A stretch of 60,025 nt of DNA from an uncultured Candidatus Poseidoniales archaeon (GTDB lineage Archaea; Thermoplasmatota; Poseidoniia; Poseidoniales; Poseidoniaceae): positions 325,278 to 385,302 of the forward strand of contig CM001443.1 of assembly GCA_000246735.1 (NCBI GenBank), in the 5' to 3' direction. The position numbers were made by a program, and so were the translations under genes. The stretch's first letter is position 1. The number at the start of each line of letters is the position of its first letter. This document shows, piece after piece, positions 1 through 7,927 of the stretch. Below the pieces are notes generated by a model. The model was not told where the DNA came from. It was given only the letters and a program-made list of their open reading frames with translations, and ran no database searches.

Positions 1-2883
1 CTTTCAGCCCCCTACACCCACCTCTCCCTCGGCGAAGACCTCGATGGTTTTGCGCCAGAATTTTCAGGAACTGACCGGCAGCAAGCCCGAGCGGAAGGCC
101 TCATTGATCTAACGAGCAATTACCGAACAAAACCAAGCCTCGTGCATACGATGAACGGAATGTTCCGTGATGTGTTTTCTCAAAGGCACCACCTCTTGCC
201 AGGGGACTGGCACGCCTCTTCTCAGGATTTGGTAGCGGGCCGTGATGAAGGCGACACGCCAGGTGTGCTCGAATGGTTGATGCCCTTATCGACCGAGGAG
301 GGGGAGCAGTCCTCGGACCTCTTGGTTCCAATGGATGTGTTTTCAAATTCGAAATCGAAGGATGTTCACCTTGAGCATGAATTGATTGCCGGCCGAATCG
401 CAGCCCTGCTGGCAGGTAATCCGACAAGAGTTTGGAGTGCAACCACTCAAGCGTATGAGCAAGTGGAAGAAACAGATGAGTCTGTTGCGGCTTCAGAAAT
501 TATGATTCTTGTTCACTCAAGGACCCATGTGCCTGACCTCATTCAGCGATTGCAAAATCGAGGTATTCCTGTTGCAGCTGACCGGCAAGGCAGCCTTCTG
601 GACCGTCCAATCGTGCAACCCCTCATGGCAACACTCAACTTGATTGCGAACCCCCAATCCCGCTCTGCTGTGCTTGGTCTCGCTCGCTCACCTGTGCTGG
701 GCTTCACAGACGGCCAAATCGAGGCAATGATGGCGGCGACCCCCGAACAGAATTGGTGGGTGCACATGGCTGAACATGCACCAAACCAACAGGTTGGCGC
801 TCTTGTCAGTCACATCGGTGAGATGGTGACAAAAGGCGCTTTGTACGAGGCAATCGATGCCATTCTCGACCATTCGGACCTTCTTGTCGCTTACCCCGAA
901 GATGCAGATCGACAAAACGCTGAGGCGTGGTATATGTTGGTCGCCTCAATTGGAAATGAACTTGGTCATGAAGCTGCAGCGATTTATTCTCGCTTGTGCG
1001 AACTGCATCGGCTTGGTCAACGAGGGCCACCTGCGACCACCGTTCCTGCCGGTGGGGCGGTGAGAATCATGACCGTGCACAACGCGAAAGGTTTGGAAGC
1101 CAGCGTTGTGTTTGTCGCTGGATTGTTCAAAGCAGGGGCATCTGATTCTCAACTGAACAGTCGAGAAAACATCCTCGTAACGCCTCAAGTGATCGCTGGG
1201 CGCATCAACCCATGGCGTTCTCAGGACCGCCCGAATGATGGTCTATGGGAATTCACCCAGCGGCTGGATCAAGCACAAACTCAAGCGGAGCGCCGTCGCT
1301 CCTTCTACGTCGCATTAACCCGTGCTCGGGACCGTCTCGTTCTCGTTGGTTCGTACGCCAATGAGGCATCTATTAACGACGATTCTGGCCATCTGGAAGT
1401 GAAGGTGAAGGCTTCACGAAGCACCATGGGTGGCATGCTGTTGGAAAGCCTTCGAAGCCTAGCCTATGAGGCACAGGACGAACATGCGCCTTGGCTCTTG
1501 GAAGGTGATTTAGGTGTCGTCGAGTTGCCGTTCTATGACAAGCGAACGCTTTCTCTTGACCCGTACGGCCTTCTCCACAACCCACATCTTGGTTCCTCTG
1601 CAATCCAGTCAATGCGGCTTTACCACCATCCAGATTGTTTTGAAACCACACAAGTGACAACGCCACTTCAAGACTGGACAACCCTCGAACAACGAATCGA
1701 AGCCATTGATTCTGAACCACTTGAGGCAGCACAACCGCTTGCAGTTCGACAATCTGTGCGGATGACTGCTCATGGCTTGGACACCAGCAGCGCTTGCCCA
1801 CGGCGGCACTGGTTGACGGAGGTCAAAGGATGGATTCCAGAACAACTCAAGATGTTCGGGGCCCACCACACAGGCACTTCTTCAAGCAACTTCCCTCCAG
1901 CAACCTCTTTTGGAACAATGATGCATCGCCTTGTAGAACTTGGTTTAGCCAATCCATCAAAGGGTGCGTCGCCACATTCTGCACCACTACCTGAGGCTTG
2001 GATGTTTGATGGTGACGATGGGCTTGACGATTCCAAAATCATCGCTAATGTTCTCGGAGAGGAAGGGTATTCTGTATCAGAAGATTCGATGGAACAAGCA
2101 ATGGCAATCCGCACGCATGAGCGCATGGGCGTTCTCGGCAGGCTCGTTCGCGAGGGTCTTCTTGGTCGGTTGGCGGCTGGTGAAACTCACAACGGCCTTA
2201 CAGTGGAAGGCCTACGAACAGAACTTCCATTCTATCATCATCATGCCGTTGATGTCGATGGAATCGAACGGTCCACATTCAGCATTCAAGGGGCAATTCC
2301 TCATGCGATGCTCAGCCAGCTGGACCTCATCTTTGACGGCCGCGCAGACCTCGTACTTGCACTTCGCAACGAACATGCTGAAGGCTTCTTACAAGTGGTC
2401 GATCTCAAAACAAAAGATTGCCGCGATGGCTTCAATCCTACAGATCCAAGCAAAGGTACAGCGTTGCAGCAGTATGCCGGTGACCGCCTCGATCCGTACC
2501 CTTCGACATCGTCCGAGCGTTCAATATTGGATGAACATCGCCTCCAACTGACGTTGTATTCAATGGCGTTGCAGGCGGCTGAAGCAACCAAACCCTCTGA
2601 GGAACAAAGGCGTATCCTGCCACCAGCTCTCCTTGTGGGTGCTTCCGGTCGGATGCTGCAATTGACTGTGGAGGAATTCGAGGGAGCCCAACAAGACCTC
2701 AATGAACATCTTCAGTGGATCGGCCATCTTGCCGCAGCCCCACAGTCGCTCGAGGAGCCGGATCGTCTCAGCCCCGAAGCAGCAGAGCCATGCAAGACAT
2801 GTCCGTTTTACCGTGGTGATGTTCGATTGTGCGCGCCCGCAGGAGAGGCACTTGGTATCCCGCTTCCGAATGAAGAGGATTAA
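1..2883 (+). CDS. UvrD/PcrA-type SF1 helicase (C-terminal half) fused to a RecB/AddB-like PD-(D/E)XK nuclease with a Cys cluster; 5' end lies outside the window
   Basis: Frame 1 is open from nt 1 (LSAPYTH...NYRTKPSLV, helicase motif IV-like) into ORF 142..2883. Helicase motifs VRIMTVHNAKGLE and YVALTRARDRLVLVG are present. C-terminal nuclease motifs are GRADLVL...VVDLKTK and QLTLYSMAL. One Cys (SSACPRR) plus CKTCPFYRGDVRLC resembles the Cas4/AddB 4Fe-4S ligand pattern. Confidence 0.8.
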   Translation, partial: LSAPYTHLSLGEDLDGFAPEFSGTDRQQARAEGLIDLTSNYRTKPSLVHTMNGMFRDVFSQRHHLLPGDWHASSQDLVAGRDEGDTPGVLEWLMPLSTEEGEQSSDLLVPMDVFSNSKSKDVHLEHELIAGRIAALLAGNPTRVWSATTQAYEQVEETDESVAASEIMILVHSRTHVPDLIQRLQNRGIPVAADRQGSLLDRPIVQPLMATLNLIANPQSRSAVLGLARSPVLGFTDGQIEAMMAATPEQNWWVHMAEHAPNQQVGALVSHIGEMVTKGALYEAIDAILDHSDLLVAYPEDADRQNAEAWYMLVASIGNELGHEAAAIYSRLCELHRLGQRGPPATTVPAGGAVRIMTVHNAKGLEASVVFVAGLFKAGASDSQLNSRENILVTPQVIAGRINPWRSQDRPNDGLWEFTQRLDQAQTQAERRRSFYVALTRARDRLVLVGSYANEASINDDSGHLEVKVKASRSTMGGMLLESLRSLAYEAQDEHAPWLLEGDLGVVELPFYDKRTLSLDPYGLLHNPHLGSSAIQSMRLYHHPDCFETTQVTTPLQDWTTLEQRIEAIDSEPLEAAQPLAVRQSVRMTAHGLDTSSACPRRHWLTEVKGWIPEQLKMFGAHHTGTSSSNFPPATSFGTMMHRLVELGLANPSKGASPHSAPLPEAWMFDGDDGLDDSKIIANVLGEEGYSVSEDSMEQAMAIRTHERMGVLGRLVREGLLGRLAAGETHNGLTVEGLRTELPFYHHHAVDVDGIERSTFSIQGAIPHAMLSQLDLIFDGRADLVLALRNEHAEGFLQVVDLKTKDCRDGFNPTDPSKGTALQQYAGDRLDPYPSTSSERSILDEHRLQLTLYSMALQAAEATKPSEEQRRILPPALLVGASGRMLQLTVEEFEGAQQDLNEHLQWIGHLAAAPQSLEEPDRLSPEAAEPCKTCPFYRGDVRLCAPAGEALGIPLPNEED

Positions 2884-3080
2884 TTCGAAGCCTTGGTACC
2901 AATCATCACGAGGGTGCCTACAAAACCGTCCTTTGCCGCAACTCGGTGCATTTCGACATCGGTGAACCCTGCGGCGACCATGGCATCTTGCCACTGGGTT
3001 TCACTCAGCATTGTCATGTGCACACGTGAGTGCTTCAGGCCATCCATGACTGTCTTCATTTTCGAGGTAGTGATCGACAC
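2880..3080 (-). pseudogene. Displaced C-terminal fragment of the same methyltransferase (other frame)
   Basis: Reads ...HSRVHMTMLSETQWQDAMVAAGFTDVEMHRVAAKDGFVGTLVMIGTK, which looks like a typical methyltransferase C-terminus. Overlaps the 3' end of ORF 3001..3600 in a different frame. Confidence 0.5.
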
Positions 3081-3522
3081 CTGCTACCATCACGCCTGCT
3101 TCATTCAACCACTCATCGTGAAGGATTTTCAACATGGCCGCAGGGTCATGGAGGTAGTAGAGAAATTCCATGCTGTGAAGGAAATCAAAAGGCGTGGTTG
3201 GTTTCCAATCAGGTAAAAGAGCGAGGTGGAACTCACCATCTCCGAGGGTTTTCGCTTTCTCAATCATCGCTTTGGATCCATCAACGCCAACGGCTCGTAG
3301 GCACGCGTCACCCGATTCCAAAGCCCGACAGACCCATCCATTCCCGCATCCAACATCCACGGCCGAATATGGCGTGCTGACCCTTGGCAAGGCCAAATCC
3401 AGCATTGCCTTGACCGAAGCAGCATGGCCCCGTTCCATTCCCTCATCTTTGTTCTTTGTCGCCCATTCTGAAAACAACTCGGTGGCAGGTCTTGTGCTCA
3501 TGGCTTGCCGTTTGATGGGCAT
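3001..3522 (-). CDS. Class I SAM-dependent methyltransferase, N-terminal and core part (reading frame breaks at about 3015-3030)
   Basis: Motif I VDVGCGNGWV and motif-II-like AVGVDGSKAMIEKA. ORF is open to 3600, but Met at 3522 or 3501 fits better given the divergent pip start at 3579. Ends ...ENEDSHGWPEALTCAHDNAE*. Confidence 0.6.
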   Translation of the reverse strand: MPIKRQAMSTRPATELFSEWATKNKDEGMERGHAASVKAMLDLALPRVSTPYSAVDVGCGNGWVCRALESGDACLRAVGVDGSKAMIEKAKTLGDGEFHLALLPDWKPTTPFDFLHSMEFLYYLHDPAAMLKILHDEWLNEAGVMVAGVDHYLENEDSHGWPEALTCAHDNAE

Positions 3523-3578
3523 TTCTTGAACATGTCCCCAAACGAAAGGAACATGGCTGGCCGTTCTTTGGACAATCC

Positions 3579-4544
3579 ATGCTCGACACGACGACGACAA
3601 TTGAAGAGGTGCTGTATTCGCCGATTGAACCCTATGATTCCGGGATGTTGCAAGTCACAGACCTCCATACGATTGCGTGGGAGAAATCTGGAAACAGCGA
3701 GGGTGTCCCAGTTGTTGTGATCCATGGTGGCCCAGGCGGTGGAGGCCAACCTGCTTACCGACAATACTTCGACCCAGCAAAATTCAACATCATACAATTC
3801 GACCAACGTGGGTGTGGCCAATCAACGCCTCACGCAGAGTTAAGAGACAACACGACCCAAGCCATGGTGGCCGACATTGAAGCACTCAGGGTCTCGTTTG
3901 GCATCGAAGAATGGCACGTCTTTGGCGGTTCTTGGGGATCGACGCTTTCGCTCATTTACGCCCAAACATATCCTGATCGTGTCACAAGTTTGGTCCTCCG
4001 TGGCATTTTCATGTGCAGGAAAAGTGAACTGCAATGGTTCTACCAAGACGGTGCAAGCCACATCTTCCCTGATGCCTTTGAACCATATCGTGAACACATT
4101 CCCAAAGCCGAGCAATCGAACCTCATCGAAGCCTACTATGCTCGCCTCACGAGCGAAGATGGGGATGTGCGCAGAGCAGCAGCAAAACAGTGGACTCGTT
4201 GGGAGATGGCGACAAGCCGCTTGTTCCCCGACCCATCGTACCTCGAAAAAGCAGAAGATTTGGATTTCGCCGTTGCCTTCGCACGCATCGAATGTCATTA
4301 CTTCATTAACGCCATTTTTGTTGAAGAAGCTCACATTTTGAATCATGCATCAGTCATCGAACACATTCCAACTGTGATCGTTCAAGGGCGGTATGACGTT
4401 GTTTGCCCGACGCGAAGCGCATGGGAACTGCACAAGGTTCTTCCAAACAGCAACCTGATTATCGTCCCCGATGCGGGCCACTCAATGGGTGAAGTGAGCA
4501 TTGCGCGAGAATTAGTCGCCGCAACCGATGCCATCTCCTCATGA
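3579..4544 (+). CDS. pip: Prolyl aminopeptidase (proline iminopeptidase, alpha/beta hydrolase, peptidase S33)
   Basis: IEPYDSGMLQV, VVVIHGGPGGGG, nucleophile elbow GGSWGSTL and C-terminal GHS motif. Length of 321 aa is typical. Confidence 0.9.
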   Translation: MLDTTTTIEEVLYSPIEPYDSGMLQVTDLHTIAWEKSGNSEGVPVVVIHGGPGGGGQPAYRQYFDPAKFNIIQFDQRGCGQSTPHAELRDNTTQAMVADIEALRVSFGIEEWHVFGGSWGSTLSLIYAQTYPDRVTSLVLRGIFMCRKSELQWFYQDGASHIFPDAFEPYREHIPKAEQSNLIEAYYARLTSEDGDVRRAAAKQWTRWEMATSRLFPDPSYLEKAEDLDFAVAFARIECHYFINAIFVEEAHILNHASVIEHIPTVIVQGRYDVVCPTRSAWELHKVLPNSNLIIVPDAGHSMGEVSIARELVAATDAISS

Positions 4545-4610
4545 TTCAAACCAAGATTTCAAGCCATTTCGCAGGGTCGTTGAGGCGTCGGCTTGATAGG
4601 GTGGAGTTAA

Positions 4611-5453
4611 GTGGACTTACATGGAGGCTTACCTCCCGGTGATACCATGACAGAAGAAGGGACCGTCACGCCAGAGATTCGAATTCAACAACTTGAGGAA
4701 CAACTCGCAACTGAGACAGACCGTCTGCAAAAGTTGTTCGCAGCCTACGAGGCTGTGGAAAAGGAACTCTTCGATGCTCGAACTGAAAATGAAGTCCTCG
4801 AGAAGGAAATCATCGAACGGGAAATCGAAAAGGAAACCCAAGAAGCCCTGCTTAACGAGCGGGAAATCAGGGTCCGTGAACTCGAACTCCGCGCAGTTAA
4901 GGCAGGCAAGCAGGTCGAACACCTCAAGCCAGAACTCGAAAAGATGGAAGAGAAATACTCCCGTGAAAAGGATCGACTCGGCAAGGTTTTCGGTATTGCA
5001 GAAGAGTTGGACAATGACCTGCGTCTTGCCGTTTCAGAGATGAAGGCACGTGATGATTGGTACGTCGACCACATGCAAATTTTCGAAGACCTCAACAAGG
5101 CCATCAAGCAACGCTACGACATGATTGAGCGAGCGGTCGAAGCCGAGCGCAAGTCGCAACATATGTCCCGTGCGTTCACAGAGCGGATGGACGACATGGT
5201 CGAAGCCCGTGCTGCTGACATGACCATCGAAGAGGCTGAACAAATCACCGTCGAAACTGAATCCGCATCCGTGGAAATTGTTGGCGAAAACGCCGTTGAA
5301 GATCTCCTTGATGATGGAAAACTCAACAACAGCAACACGGCTCCAGCCGAAAAAGAACCTGCTGTTGAAACTCCAGCAGAAGAACAAGCAGAAGAACCAG
5401 CCGAAGAAGCACCTTCCGACTGGTCCAATGGCGAAGACCCTTGGGCAGAGTGA
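4611..5453 (+). CDS. Coiled-coil protein with an acidic C-terminal tail, function unknown
   Basis: Long heptad-like E/K/L-rich stretch (EEQLATETDRLQKL...ELELRAVKAGKQVEHLKPELEKMEEK). Tail is PAEEQAEEPAEEAPSDWSNGEDPWAE. GTG at 4611; the first ATG is at 4647. Confidence 0.55.
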   Translation: MDLHGGLPPGDTMTEEGTVTPEIRIQQLEEQLATETDRLQKLFAAYEAVEKELFDARTENEVLEKEIIEREIEKETQEALLNEREIRVRELELRAVKAGKQVEHLKPELEKMEEKYSREKDRLGKVFGIAEELDNDLRLAVSEMKARDDWYVDHMQIFEDLNKAIKQRYDMIERAVEAERKSQHMSRAFTERMDDMVEARAADMTIEEAEQITVETESASVEIVGENAVEDLLDDGKLNNSNTAPAEKEPAVETPAEEQAEEPAEEAPSDWSNGEDPWAE

Positions 5454-5462
5454 GGCGTTCGA

Positions 5463-6311
5463 ATGGCTGGCTTGGCCCATGGGGGCCACGCACCTGTCCT
5501 GATTACGTTCATGATGGGCGTCAGCTCAATCATAGTTGGAACGCTCATCGATCCTCTAAGCGGCCTCATTCCATTGTTCGGTATTCTTTGTATCATGGCT
5601 TCTGCCTTTCTCGTCAACTTTTGGCGGGACCCAGACCGTCCGATTCCCAAGCAACCAGGTGTGCTCGTCTCCCCTGCTGATGGCCATGTGATGTTCATCC
5701 GTCGTGAACGAGCAACAGGTCGCAGACCCTCAAAGGAAGCCTATGCCTCAGGCGCAATCGAACATGATGCACTTACGGGTGACTGGGTGGCCGAACCATG
5801 CGATCATCCTCTCGAGTTCACGACAGAACAGCGATTTGAAGCAGTGGAAAAAGGCGAAGAATCCGATGATGATGTGATTCGGGTGGCCATTTTCATGTCA
5901 CCACTCGATGTCCATGTGAACCGTTCACCAATGGCTGCAACGATTGAACGGATGGAGCACCGAACTGGGAAAGGCATGAAGCGAGGCCCATTCAAAGCCG
6001 CCTACAAAAAAGAAAGTGAATTCAATGAACGCGTCCGAACTGTGTTCCTTGATGATGAGGGCCGCCGCATCGAAGTCACTCAAATTTCAGGCGCACTGGC
6101 TCGCACTATTGTGCCGTGGCAAGGCATTGGCGATCAACTGCGCCGTGGGCAACGGTTCGGTATGATTCGTCTCGGATCACGGGTAGATTTGCGCGTCCCA
6201 GCCGCTGGTTTCACGCCCGCAGTGGTCTCTGCAGAGGTGAAGGATGAAGCCCATCCGAAAGGCCAATTTGTGCAAGCTGGAACAACTGTTTTGTTCACCC
6301 CGAAGGCATGA
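5463..6311 (+). CDS. psd: Phosphatidylserine/archaetidylserine decarboxylase proenzyme
   Basis: N-terminal TM segments, SPADGHV motif and a self-cleavage-type LGSRVD (G-S) site near the C-terminus. Confidence 0.75.
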   Translation: MAGLAHGGHAPVLITFMMGVSSIIVGTLIDPLSGLIPLFGILCIMASAFLVNFWRDPDRPIPKQPGVLVSPADGHVMFIRRERATGRRPSKEAYASGAIEHDALTGDWVAEPCDHPLEFTTEQRFEAVEKGEESDDDVIRVAIFMSPLDVHVNRSPMAATIERMEHRTGKGMKRGPFKAAYKKESEFNERVRTVFLDDEGRRIEVTQISGALARTIVPWQGIGDQLRRGQRFGMIRLGSRVDLRVPAAGFTPAVVSAEVKDEAHPKGQFVQAGTTVLFTPKA

Positions 6312-6368
6312 GTCGCGTCGGTGGATTGAAACATATTCGGCCAGCCACAGAACCAAAGGGGGCCTCTG

Positions 6369-7535
6369 ATGACGAACAAAAAATCACTCACACTTGTCGG
6401 CGATGGCAGCAAAGGTGCCCGTATCCATGACATCGTGAAGGCCCCTGCAAACACACCATGGGCGAAAGCAAGGCAACAGTCTTGGGACGCAAGTGAACCA
6501 GCAACGGTGTACTACACTCCTGAAACCATGGCGGATGGAACGCCGTGCAGCGCAGTCACGGTCATTTTGCGAACCAAAGGATGCCATTGGTGGTGGTCCA
6601 GTGGTTGCACATTCTGCGGATATTTTAACGACACAAGAGACGACGTGACCAACGAAGATTTGCACGCTCAATGGGCTTATGCGAAAACCAAATTCGATGA
6701 TTTCAAAGGTCATGCAATGGTCAAGGTGTACACCAGTGGTTCGTTGCTCGAGGATCGGGAAATTCCCGTGGCTTTCCAAGAAACGGTCCTTCGTGACTGC
6801 CAAACACTCGGCAAGGAACTGATTGTTGAGTCACGTTGCGAACAGTTGACTGAAGAGAAGTTGGCATGGGCCACATCAATCAACACAAGTTTCGCAGTCG
6901 CCATTGGCCTTGAAGCGTATGATGATGAAGTCTTGAGGTTCCACGTCAACAAAGGATTCACGATAAAATCGTGGGACAGAGCGGTTGCTAACCTCAAGAA
7001 ATTCGACATTCGAGTGAAGACCTATTTGATGTTCAAACCACCGTTCATGAACGAAGCAGACGCACTTCTTCATGGCGTGAAGTGGATCGAAGATGTCGCC
7101 GAACGAAGCGACGAAATATCGGTCAATCCCATGAACATCCAGCGTGGTACCATCATCGATCGTTTGCACAGGCACAATGAATACCGCCCGCCTTGGCTAT
7201 GGTCTCTTGTTGAGATGATTCGGCGAGCCCACCCTACGATTCATCCACAAAACACTGGGAATGGCGGTGAAGGCCAGGTAAGTCGTTTAATCGTACACCC
7301 GACTGCGGGTGGACGCGTTCGTGGAGCACACAACTGCGGCGCATGTGACTCGCATGTTGTTGCTGCGATCGAACGCTATGCCGTTTCAGGTGAGTTACAA
7401 GAATTCGAAGGCCTTGCTTGTGAATGTGAGAAGGCATGGGCAGAAGAGGTCGCATTAGAGCACGCCCTCCCCACGCCACTCGGAATTTCGAAGCCTCGTC
7501 GTGGCAATGTTTTGGATGCCCTCCGGGCTCCTTGA
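6369..7535 (+). CDS. Radical SAM protein, archaeosine-synthesis RaSEA/TIGR01210-like
   Basis: ILRTKGCHWWWSSGCTFCGY cysteine motif followed by a TIM-barrel-like core (VKVYTSGS, ESR, IGLEAYDD). The family assignment is from memory of the motif. Confidence 0.6.
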   Translation: MTNKKSLTLVGDGSKGARIHDIVKAPANTPWAKARQQSWDASEPATVYYTPETMADGTPCSAVTVILRTKGCHWWWSSGCTFCGYFNDTRDDVTNEDLHAQWAYAKTKFDDFKGHAMVKVYTSGSLLEDREIPVAFQETVLRDCQTLGKELIVESRCEQLTEEKLAWATSINTSFAVAIGLEAYDDEVLRFHVNKGFTIKSWDRAVANLKKFDIRVKTYLMFKPPFMNEADALLHGVKWIEDVAERSDEISVNPMNIQRGTIIDRLHRHNEYRPPWLWSLVEMIRRAHPTIHPQNTGNGGEGQVSRLIVHPTAGGRVRGAHNCGACDSHVVAAIERYAVSGELQEFEGLACECEKAWAEEVALEHALPTPLGISKPRRGNVLDALRAP

Positions 7536-7633
7536 TTGGCTTCCAGCAATCCGTCCGATTGCTGTTGTGAGGGTGTGAATCTTTATGACCGCTGTACTGG
7601 TGGGAGGATTGACCCCTATGGGGTCATGTTCGG

Positions 7634-7915
7634 GTGAACCTCATGACAAACACAACCAGTCTTCCTGATGTAACCGTTGGAACCGGTGAACCGGCCTCCA
7701 GCCGAATTCTACTGACCCTCTTTGCAGTCGGCGTTATTGGCATGCTCGCGTTGTTCTCAAACGTCTTCGGCTGGGACAACATCCCATTGCTCGGTGAACT
7801 CGTTCCGCTCATCGGTAACCTCGGTGGAAGCGGCATCTGGTACTACCTCATTGGCCTCTTGGTTGGTTTGGGCGCCATCGTTGCCTCACTCTTGGCAGAG
7901 GTTATCGTCGATTAG
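7634..7915 (+). CDS. Small two-TM membrane protein
   Basis: Two hydrophobic helices (ILLTLFAVGVIGMLALF, IWYYLIGLLVGLGAIVASLLA). Lies 12 nt upstream of the next membrane gene. Confidence 0.45.
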   Translation: MNLMTNTTSLPDVTVGTGEPASSRILLTLFAVGVIGMLALFSNVFGWDNIPLLGELVPLIGNLGGSGIWYYLIGLLVGLGAIVASLLAEVIVD

Positions 7916-7927
7916 GAGGTGTGATGT

